Positions 1 through 6,583 of a stretch of 10,310 bases of DNA are shown piece after piece. Origin of the DNA: Candidatus Micrarchaeia archaeon (lineage in GTDB: Archaea; Micrarchaeota; Micrarchaeia; Anstonellales; J096); NCBI GenBank assembly GCA_041500405.1, contig JBGQMB010000030.1, forward strand, positions 1 through 10,310, in the 5' to 3' direction. The notes below the pieces were generated by a model. The model searched no databases, had not been told where the DNA came from, and saw only the letters and a program-made list of their open reading frames with translations. The position numbers and the translations under genes are program-made. The stretch's first letter is position 1. Each line of letters begins with the position of its first letter.

Positions 1-2
1 AA

Positions 3-575
3 ACCACCAAACAAGCCTTGGACATGGGCAAACCTAAGCGCGAGGGTGACGCCATCTGGATCGCCCAAAACCATGTAGTCGATGAGTTTGCAGAAAAAGC
101 ATCCTCCATCGTTGAAAAAGCCAAGCCTGGCACGGAAGTGTCTTTCACAACGCACGAGGCAAGGCAGTTGGTGGCTGATGCGCAGAAGAATGCCGGGAAT
201 CAAATCACTAAGGAGCGTAAGGTAATAGACCAGAAATGGCAAGATGATTTCAAGAAGTTTGATGATCATCCAGAACTTAAAGATAGATATAGGGAAGAAA
301 TCCGCCCCATCTATAGCGAGGAGCATCAAAATGCAGTACTGGCCGCCCACCTGACGCGTGGCGTTCTTGACCATGCAGGCATCAGCAAAGCCGAACAGCA
401 AGAGATGGAAAAGGACCTGAACAAACCGGTGCAGCAGGTTTGGACACTCGCAAACAAATCATATGAAAAAATAAAGATAGCCACATATGAAGATTTGACG
501 AAGAAAGCTGCGGCTAAAATTGAATCATCCATGCCGCCGCCCAGGAAACCACCCCCGAAGAGTGACAAGGGATAA
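3..575 (+). CDS. Hypothetical protein, probably 5'-truncated by the window edge; charged, likely helical, Pro/Lys-rich C-terminal tail
   Basis: The frame of ORF 18..575 stays open back to position 3 (ACC ACC AAA CAA GCC TTG), so the true start may lie outside the window. Purine-rich coding-like composition, ends ...MPPPRKPPPKSDKG*. No family motif recognised. Confidence 0.7.
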   Translation, partial: TTKQALDMGKPKREGDAIWIAQNHVVDEFAEKASSIVEKAKPGTEVSFTTHEARQLVADAQKNAGNQITKERKVIDQKWQDDFKKFDDHPELKDRYREEIRPIYSEEHQNAVLAAHLTRGVLDHAGISKAEQQEMEKDLNKPVQQVWTLANKSYEKIKIATYEDLTKKAAAKIESSMPPPRKPPPKSDKG

Positions 576-578
576 TAT

Positions 579-610
579 AATCCTTTGCTCGTGTTAAAGG
601 AAAAAGGATT
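579..610. terminator. Inverted repeat / T-tract between convergent ORF1 and tRNA-Leu; candidate terminator
   Basis: AATCCTTT (579-586) is complementary to AAAGGATT (603-610), and TCCTTT also pairs with AAAGGA (596-601). On the - strand, TCCTTTTTCCTTT follows the tRNA 3' end, resembling an archaeal oligo-T terminator. Confidence 0.45.
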
Positions 611-611
611 T

Positions 612-735
612 TGTAGGGAGTGGGATTTGAACCCACGTAGCCGCTAGGGCACCAGATGTCCCACTTGTCCTTGTTGACGCCTTGTCATTTTCCGCCTTGA
701 GTCTGGCACGTTTGACCGGGCTCCGCCATCCCTAC
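612..735 (-). tRNA. tRNA-Leu(CAA) with 38-nt intron; mature length 86 nt before CCA addition
   Basis: Reverse complement folds as: acceptor GTAGGGA/TCCCTAC plus discriminator A (612); D arm GCG-GAGCCCGGTCAAA-CGT; anticodon stem CCAGA/TCTGG with loop CT-CAA-G^A (anticodon 699-697); long variable arm GCC-CTAGC-GGC; T arm GTGGG-TTCAAAT-CCCAC. A73 and the long variable arm fit Leu. CCA is not encoded. Confidence 0.96.
658..695 (-). other. tRNA intron at canonical position 37/38
   Basis: GCGGAAAATGACAAGGCGTCAACAAGGACAAGTGGGAC interrupts the anticodon loop. Intron TGGG pairs with exon C32-U33-C34-A35 as the 4-bp central helix, with 3-nt bulges AG^G and AC^A as expected for archaeal splicing endonuclease sites. 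Confidence 0.9.
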
Positions 736-757
736 GTCCTTATTGTAGCTCGCAAAG

Positions 758-770
758 GGTTAAAAAAGGA
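758..770 (-). promoter_or_regulatory. Putative TATA element of tRNA-Leu (may also act as hisD oligo-T terminator)
   Basis: TCCTTTTTTAACC on the - strand ends 22 nt before the tRNA 5' end. A near-identical element lies upstream of ftsZ. Confidence 0.55.
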
Positions 771-797
771 AGGGGATTGCAAAGCCGGCGCTATGCT

Positions 798-2099
798 TTA
801 TCCCCTTTGCCTTGCGGCATTTGCGTGGGCTTCCAGGCCTTCGATATCCGCAAAAGTCCCGGCCAGCCCGGCAACTGCCTTCTGCTCCCCATCCGTCATC
901 TTCTCGATGTAGCTCCTGATGAGGAAATCATAGACAGAAAGGCCGGAGAGGAACCTGGCGGTCCCTCCGGTCGGAAGTATGTGGTTGCCGCCGCTCATGC
1001 CGTAATCCGCGAACGCCTCGCAGGTGTTGACAAACAGCGCCCCTGCGTTTTTCACCCCGGCAGCAATCTTTTCCGCGTCATTTGAGAATATCTCCAGGTG
1101 TTCCGGCGCATATCCGTTTGCTATTGCCACTGCCTCATCAATGTTTTTTGTCAATACGATTGCGCCGTAATCCCGAAGCGATTTGGCGGCAATTTCCCGC
1201 CTTTTCAGGCGCCTGCAAAGGCATTCCAGCTTTTCTGCGACCTGCCGCGCAATCGTAACGGCGTCAGTGAGCAGGACAGCAGCAGAATTTGTCCCGTGCT
1301 CTGCCTGGGCAAGCATGTCTGCTGCCAGATAATCCGGCTTGGCGCTGCTGTCCGCTATTATCACGACTTCGGACGGCCCTGCAACAAGGTCAATTTTCAC
1401 TGTTCCGTTTGTGGAGACAATCTGCTTGGCTGCCGCCACATACACATTTCCGGGCCCGCATACCATGTCCGCCTTTTCCATCAATCCCGGGAGACCATAT
1501 GCCATGGCCGATATCGCCTGCGCGCCGCCAATCCGGTATACATCAGCTATTCCAAGCTTGCCGGCGACATAGAGGATTGCGGCCGAGATGCCGGTTTCCT
1601 GCGGCGGCGTGCAAGCGAACAGGCTCTTAACGCCCGCTGCCCTGGCTGTCACCCCTGCCATCAGAAGGGATGACGGAAGCGGGGCAATCCCTCCAGGCAC
1701 ATATATGCCGACGCGCTCCATCGGCCTTGGCCTAAAAAGGACAAAGCCGTCATTCACGCGCACCCTTATTTCCAGCAGGGCCGTTTCCGCGATTTTCGAT
1801 TGGACCAGCTTAACCCTTTCAAACGCCTCGTCTATGGCATCTCTCTGATTTAAGGTCAGTCTTTCGCTGGCAGACTGAATCTCTGCCTTGTTTGCCTGTA
1901 GGTCCTGTTCAGTAACCCGAATGTCGTCAAGCTTCCTGGAATATTCCGCAAGTGCGGCAAAGCCGTGTGCCCTGACATCCTCCACAATCAGCTTGGCCTG
2001 CTCTAAAACCCCTTTTGGTATGCCCGGCCTTTTCCTTTTCCTGAATTGCCCCGGCGTTTGTATGGCCAAAGCCAGCCTTTCAAAAGTCCGCAATGCCAT
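798..2099 (-). CDS. hisD: Histidinol dehydrogenase
   Basis: 433 aa with HisD motifs GIYVPGG, GGAQAISAMAYG, GPGNVYVAAAK, IDLVAGPSE, DMLAQAEH (Zn-binding Gln/His), APEHL (catalytic Glu-His), EAFADY, NHILPTGGTARF and EGLEAH. SD-like AAGGAGG precedes the ATG. Confidence 0.95.
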   Translation of the reverse strand: MALRTFERLALAIQTPGQFRKRKRPGIPKGVLEQAKLIVEDVRAHGFAALAEYSRKLDDIRVTEQDLQANKAEIQSASERLTLNQRDAIDEAFERVKLVQSKIAETALLEIRVRVNDGFVLFRPRPMERVGIYVPGGIAPLPSSLLMAGVTARAAGVKSLFACTPPQETGISAAILYVAGKLGIADVYRIGGAQAISAMAYGLPGLMEKADMVCGPGNVYVAAAKQIVSTNGTVKIDLVAGPSEVVIIADSSAKPDYLAADMLAQAEHGTNSAAVLLTDAVTIARQVAEKLECLCRRLKRREIAAKSLRDYGAIVLTKNIDEAVAIANGYAPEHLEIFSNDAEKIAAGVKNAGALFVNTCEAFADYGMSGGNHILPTGGTARFLSGLSVYDFLIRSYIEKMTDGEQKAVAGLAGTFADIEGLEAHANAARQRG

Positions 2100-2361
2100 C
2101 GCCTCCTTTGCGCTTCGCCTTCAAAGAGGCGCAGTTGCGGGAAAGGACTGTTCCGGAGCCAATCCCGTTTCCGTTGGAGATTTTCATTTCCGCGCGGCCA
2201 GGCGCATAACCAACTCTGACAAGAATTTTCCCACCGGGCCTTATCCCAAGAATGTCGCGTATCTCCAGCGGCAGCACTAGCCTTGCCTTGCTGTCAAGGC
2301 GTATGAAGCAAATCCTTCTCCATGAAGGGAACCCCCTCTGTTTTTCATCATCTTCATTCAC
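2080..2361 (-). CDS. AbrB/MazE/SpoVT/MraZ-fold DNA-binding protein
   Basis: IRLDSKARLVLPLEIRDILGIRPGGKILV matches the swapped-hairpin pattern (lD.kGri.iP.eiR..lgi.pG..v). GTG start lies about 25 nt below a TATA box, and the ORF overlaps hisD by 20 nt. Exact start is uncertain. Confidence 0.8.
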   Translation of the reverse strand: MNEDDEKQRGFPSWRRICFIRLDSKARLVLPLEIRDILGIRPGGKILVRVGYAPGRAEMKISNGNGIGSGTVLSRNCASLKAKRKGGDGIADF

Positions 2362-2384
2362 CTGTCATTATTATGGCTTTCCCA

Positions 2385-2400
2385 CTATAAATAACTTTCT
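2385..2400 (-). promoter_or_regulatory. BRE-TATA promoter for the abrB-hisD unit
   Basis: - strand AGAAAG-TTATTTATAG: purine-rich BRE-like tract followed by TTTATA (2391-2386), in the AT-rich 48-nt gap between aglB and the AbrB-like ORF. Confidence 0.65.
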
Positions 2401-2409
2401 ATGAATGGC

Positions 2410-5385
2410 TCAGCCGGCAATCCTGTATATCTTTATGTAGCCGTTGTTGTAGATAAGGTCAAACCCGTCCATCGACCCAAGCACGAAGCCCTTGTAGACC
2501 GCGGAGTCGTAGAACCTGCCCTTCCTGTCCTCCCATCCGGACGTAATGTTTCCGTCAACGAGCCACACCCTGTCCTTTGTGTAAAGCAGCACATATGTGC
2601 CCGAGCTCGTGGGCTCAAGCAAAGCCCTGTTCAGCGCAAGCTCCCCCGACGGCGTCTTCCTGTCAAGGTAATAAGTGCCGTTGATTGCCTGCCCGTTCGC
2701 GAGCGTTACGCTCCCGATGCAGTATGCGGACGCATAGCTGGACTTCTTTGCAATGCCGTTCTCGGAAGCCACAACCCTCTTTTTAGCAACAACGCCGTAT
2801 TTCTGAGAAATCGGGGAAATGAGGCACGGCTCCGACGTCGGAACAATCTCCTCCCACAGGTTGTCATATTCGCATTCCGATTCCATCTGCGACATGAGCA
2901 CGTTCGTCAAATTGTCCCTTGAGCACGCCAGATAATTGAGCGCATAGAACTTGGACCCGAAAACGCTTCCTGAGCCCAGTATTATCTCGCTGTCCACGAG
3001 CAGGTAGTCAGAATGGTATTTCCGCATGATTTCAATCGTTTCGCTCTCATTCGCCATTATCAACGCGTGCGCGATGTCCTGTATCATCGGGACGCTTGCG
3101 TGCTCGTTCCTTATCACGCTTGCGCGCCTGGCGAAGAAGTTGGTCCAATGCCCATAGTCCCACCAGCTCGTCACCCTTGCGTCTTCCGGAAGGCTGCTTC
3201 CCATCCAGTTGAGCGCCGTTATCCACGCCGAGGATATCTGCGAGCACCTTAGGCTTGCAACCGCCGACATATCAGGGTCGTCCTTGCTGTTGATTATGCT
3301 GTCATACATCAGCGTATAATAGCACATGGTGAACGAATACTGGTTGTCTATCCTTGAAAGATAGCCGTCCGGATTTGAGGCGTAGGCGCAAAATGCGCTG
3401 TCATTGCCGCCTCCGCTCAGGCTGCACAGCGCGGCCGCCTTTGCGTCAAACGCATGCGGACTGTCCCCGAACTTGGGGGAAAGCGACGCGGACGCCATCT
3501 TCATTGAAAACGAGGAGAAAACAACCGGCGACACGAGCAGCAGGAAAAGCGCCGCAAAGACGATTGCCTTGACCGGAAGCGCGCTCCCTTCCTTGTCAAG
3601 CTTGAAATCCTTGAGCCTTTCCCCTATGGCATTGTATATTCTCCCGAAGATGTATCCTATCATCACTATGAACACGAACGTGAAGTATATGGAGAATTTC
3701 TCCTGCACCATCCCAGGTATGGAAAGCGGATAGAACATGACTGCCACAAGCATGAAAAGGACCGGAATTTCCTTGGACTTCAGGAATTTAATTACTTCGT
3801 AGACTGTCAAGGCCATGAAGCTTAGTATTGCGACCGCGGCTATGCTTGGGTCCTTGTTTATTGCGGGTATGTAAAGGCCGAATATGGCGTTGATGACGCT
3901 TATTGCCATGGTGTACGCAACGTTCACGATGGCGGAGGCGAACGCGATTATTTCCTTTATGACCGGAATATTCACGGTGCCGCCAAGCGCGCTCAAACTC
4001 GAGCCAAGGTCGGTTCCCGAGAGCTGGTGCTCTGCAATGGTCCTTTCAAGCACGGTGTTGTAGCTGCCTGAAGAGAAACCCGTCCTTGCGAAGTCAAGCA
4101 CCGAAGAGCCGAACGGGGATATGAAAAACAGCGCAAGCAGGACAAGCGCGCCCAAATATACGGTGTTCTCGTTCTTCTTGAACATTTCCATCATTGGCTT
4201 GCTGCCGTAAACCATCTTCAGGGCAAGGGACAGAAGGAATGGCATCGCATTTATGCCAAGGTAGCTTATGGACCCGAACCCAAGCATTCCGTCACTGTAA
4301 AGGTCCTGTAAAATGGCAAAAACAGAATACGAAAGCAAAAGCGCGCCTGAAAGCCACATATACATTTCGTTGTCCTTTGCAGAATTCTCGTCGCTGTAGC
4401 CGCTCATCCTGTATCTTGCGAAATTCATAACGACAATCGCCGTTATCGCCGTTGAAAGCATGAGGGGCATGAGCCCGCCTCCGGTCGAGCCCAGAAGCAG
4501 GGGCGCGTACATGATGGCCAAGGCCGCAAGGATTCCCTTGTCCTTTGTCTTGAGGAACGCGTATGCCAGCGCCAAGGCGGCCGCATAAAGCAGGAACGAC
4601 ATAGGCTGGGCCTCATATACGCCGGAAAGCGTCTTGTAAAGGTAGCTTGGCATGAATGAAAGCAGCGCGGCTATTGCAAGGCCGGTTTCTTTGTTGAACC
4701 CCATCCTGAAAATCAGGTACACGAAAAACACGGTCAGCGTTGCGGCTATCGGCGGATAGAAGTTGGATATCTGCGCAAGCAAATAAGAGTCAACAGCCCC
4801 TGCCGCGCCGTGCGTGTATAATGAATACCACATGGATTCTAGGTAAATCAGGGCCGGAATCGCCCTGTGCGAGCTTGAGTTTTCAGGCCACCACGCCGTG
4901 CTGTCGTGCAGCGGAACGGAGCCGTCTTCAACAACATACATCGCGCCGTAGGAATAGAAGTACGGGTCCAGCTCCATATATATCGGGGTTATCGCGCTCA
5001 GCCTCATGGTGAACGAGAAAAACAGTAGAATGACAAGCAGCGCGGAAAGGGCAACAGGAAGCGGCTCTATCTTAATCCCATCAAATTTGAGCAGTCCCGC
5101 AAGGTTCTCATTCTTGTATGAAAAGGCGATTGCAATTATTGCAACAATATACATCAGCGCCACTGACGCCAAGGCAAGCGAATATGAGAAATCCACGCCT
5201 ATGAACGAAAGCAGGAACGGCGCCATCTCCGGAAGGATGAAGCCAAGCGCTGCGCCTATGAGCAGTTTCTCCAAGACGCCCAGACTCTTGCTGTTCTTCA
5301 GCATGCCGAGCGCCAGCAGCATCCCCGGAAGGATGTTGGCAAAGAATATCACTGCCAGCATGAATGCGCTGTCGAATGAGAACAT
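2410..5385 (-). CDS. aglB: Oligosaccharyltransferase AglB (STT3 family)
   Basis: 991 aa multi-TM protein with ELDPY (catalytic Asp of external loop 1), TIAE (TIXE motif), WWDYG (3165-3151) and a downstream SKFYAL helix at the DK-motif position. SD-like GGTGG lies 7 nt before the ATG. Confidence 0.92.
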   Translation of the reverse strand: MFSFDSAFMLAVIFFANILPGMLLALGMLKNSKSLGVLEKLLIGAALGFILPEMAPFLLSFIGVDFSYSLALASVALMYIVAIIAIAFSYKNENLAGLLKFDGIKIEPLPVALSALLVILLFFSFTMRLSAITPIYMELDPYFYSYGAMYVVEDGSVPLHDSTAWWPENSSSHRAIPALIYLESMWYSLYTHGAAGAVDSYLLAQISNFYPPIAATLTVFFVYLIFRMGFNKETGLAIAALLSFMPSYLYKTLSGVYEAQPMSFLLYAAALALAYAFLKTKDKGILAALAIMYAPLLLGSTGGGLMPLMLSTAITAIVVMNFARYRMSGYSDENSAKDNEMYMWLSGALLLSYSVFAILQDLYSDGMLGFGSISYLGINAMPFLLSLALKMVYGSKPMMEMFKKNENTVYLGALVLLALFFISPFGSSVLDFARTGFSSGSYNTVLERTIAEHQLSGTDLGSSLSALGGTVNIPVIKEIIAFASAIVNVAYTMAISVINAIFGLYIPAINKDPSIAAVAILSFMALTVYEVIKFLKSKEIPVLFMLVAVMFYPLSIPGMVQEKFSIYFTFVFIVMIGYIFGRIYNAIGERLKDFKLDKEGSALPVKAIVFAALFLLLVSPVVFSSFSMKMASASLSPKFGDSPHAFDAKAAALCSLSGGGNDSAFCAYASNPDGYLSRIDNQYSFTMCYYTLMYDSIINSKDDPDMSAVASLRCSQISSAWITALNWMGSSLPEDARVTSWWDYGHWTNFFARRASVIRNEHASVPMIQDIAHALIMANESETIEIMRKYHSDYLLVDSEIILGSGSVFGSKFYALNYLACSRDNLTNVLMSQMESECEYDNLWEEIVPTSEPCLISPISQKYGVVAKKRVVASENGIAKKSSYASAYCIGSVTLANGQAINGTYYLDRKTPSGELALNRALLEPTSSGTYVLLYTKDRVWLVDGNITSGWEDRKGRFYDSAVYKGFVLGSMDGFDLIYNNGYIKIYRIAG

Positions 5386-5405
5386 CTTTCATCCACCGCT
5401 GCGCT

Positions 5406-6491
5406 TCAGAGCACCAAGGGCGTTTCGTCGCCTTTGCTCTCATTCCCGAGTATAGACGGCGACTTCACGCCGGTTATTATCGCGGTCACGATTATCTTGT
5501 CGTCCATGGACTGGTTTATCCTTGCGCCCATCTTGACCTCGGAATCAGGGTCGAAGCCCTTGGTTATCTCGTTGCCTATCGTTATCGCTTCGCCGAGCGT
5601 CAGGCCTTCGCTTCCCTCAATGTGCACTATCGCGCCCTTTGCGTCCTCGTAATCCACTTCAAGCAAAGGATGGGAAAGCGTGTTCCTTATGGAGTCCTGA
5701 ACCCTGTTCGGCCCGCTTCCCTCGCCCAGGGATATCATCGCTATGCCCTTGTTTTTCAGCACGGACCTCACGTCCGCGTAGTCTATGTTCATCAAGGACG
5801 GCACCATTATGCTGTCAGTGAGCCCCTTTACGGCCCTTGCCATTATGCTGTCTGCAAGCTTGAACGCATCGTAAATCGGAAGGTTCGGCGCGAACTCCGC
5901 CAGCTTGTTGTTGTCAATCACTATAAGCGTGTCGACCTCCTTAAGCAGGTCCCTGATATGATCCTGGGCCTTCTTTATCCTTATCCTTTCGAGCTTGAAC
6001 GGGAACGTGACAATGCCTATCACAATCGCGCCCTGCTCCTTTGCCAGCCTTGCTATGACAGGGGACGCGCCTGCGCCCGTTCCGCCGCCCATTCCGGCCG
6101 CTATGAACACTATCTCGTTTTCCCCTATCAGCTTGCGCAGCTCCTCGCTGTCCGCCTCTGCGCATCTCCTTCCGACACCGGCGTCCCCGCCGGCCCCAAT
6201 GCCCTTTGTCATGGTTTTTCCAAGCAGGAACTTGTCGTGCGCCTTTGATATGGTGTGCAGGTGCTTGGAATCCGTGTTAATGACTATGGTCCTTGCGCTT
6301 TGTATCCCATCGACAAAAAGCCGGGTAACTGCGTTGCATCCGGCTCCGCCGACGCCTATGACCGCTATCCTGACCTTTTTCATGACCTCGTCAAGGTTTA
6401 CTGACGGGGCGCCTGTGTGCGAAAAGGCCGGGGCGGACGTCGCCTCCTCAGCCTTTCTCTCGCTGATGACCGAATTTATGAGTTCCTGCAT
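5406..6491 (-). CDS. ftsZ: Cell division GTPase FtsZ, FtsZ2-like; 361 aa from ATG 6491
   Basis: Motifs GVGGAGCNAV, INTD, GIGAGG, GMGGGTGAG and T7 loop NIDYADV. PFKLER, DNNKL..PNLP and PSLMNIDYAD resemble archaeal FtsZ2 rather than FtsZ1. ATG 6491 has GTGGT upstream and a TATA-like element 27 nt above it; the 6620 start would overlap rnz. Confidence 0.96.
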   Translation of the reverse strand: MQELINSVISERKAEEATSAPAFSHTGAPSVNLDEVMKKVRIAVIGVGGAGCNAVTRLFVDGIQSARTIVINTDSKHLHTISKAHDKFLLGKTMTKGIGAGGDAGVGRRCAEADSEELRKLIGENEIVFIAAGMGGGTGAGASPVIARLAKEQGAIVIGIVTFPFKLERIRIKKAQDHIRDLLKEVDTLIVIDNNKLAEFAPNLPIYDAFKLADSIMARAVKGLTDSIMVPSLMNIDYADVRSVLKNKGIAMISLGEGSGPNRVQDSIRNTLSHPLLEVDYEDAKGAIVHIEGSEGLTLGEAITIGNEITKGFDPDSEVKMGARINQSMDDKIIVTAIITGVKSPSILGNESKGDETPLVL

Positions 6492-6518
6492 GTTACCACG
6501 GTTGGCTATGAGAGATAA

Positions 6519-6530
6519 GGTTAAAAAGGA
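6519..6530 (-). promoter_or_regulatory. Putative TATA element for ftsZ-aglB
   Basis: TCCTTTTTAACC on the - strand ends 27 nt upstream of the ftsZ ATG. Confidence 0.55.
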
Positions 6531-6573
6531 TATCTGGTGCCGACGTATAAGCGCCTGGGACAGGGGAACGCCA

Positions 6574-6583
6574 TTTTTAAACC
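6574..6583 (+). promoter_or_regulatory. Putative TATA element for the rnz operon (likely leaderless mRNA)
   Basis: TTTTTAAACC ends 21 nt before ATG 6605. No SD-like sequence precedes that ATG. Confidence 0.6.

Noticed and set aside
563..687. 8-bp inverted match TGACAAGG (563-570) / CCTTGTCA (680-687)
   Set aside because: Too short to distinguish from chance, and one copy lies in coding sequence.
682..912. 76-aa + strand ORF
   Set aside because: Antisense to the tRNA, its promoter and the hisD 3' end, with no recognisable motif.
777..2280. Several + strand ORFs of 77-191 aa
   Set aside because: Shadow frames opposite the well-supported hisD and abrB-like genes.
2277..2357. His-attenuator leader peptide upstream of hisD
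   Set aside because: The 26-aa ORF has a single His codon, and no terminator/antiterminator hairpins are evident.
798..2361. Classical type II toxin-antitoxin pair
   Set aside because: The gene downstream of the AbrB-fold ORF is a full HisD. No PIN, MazF or Fic toxin ORF is adjacent.
2401..5455. + strand ORFs and short alternative-frame - strand ORFs across aglB
   Set aside because: Antisense or alternative-frame artefacts of a GC-rich coding region, with no motifs or initiation signals.
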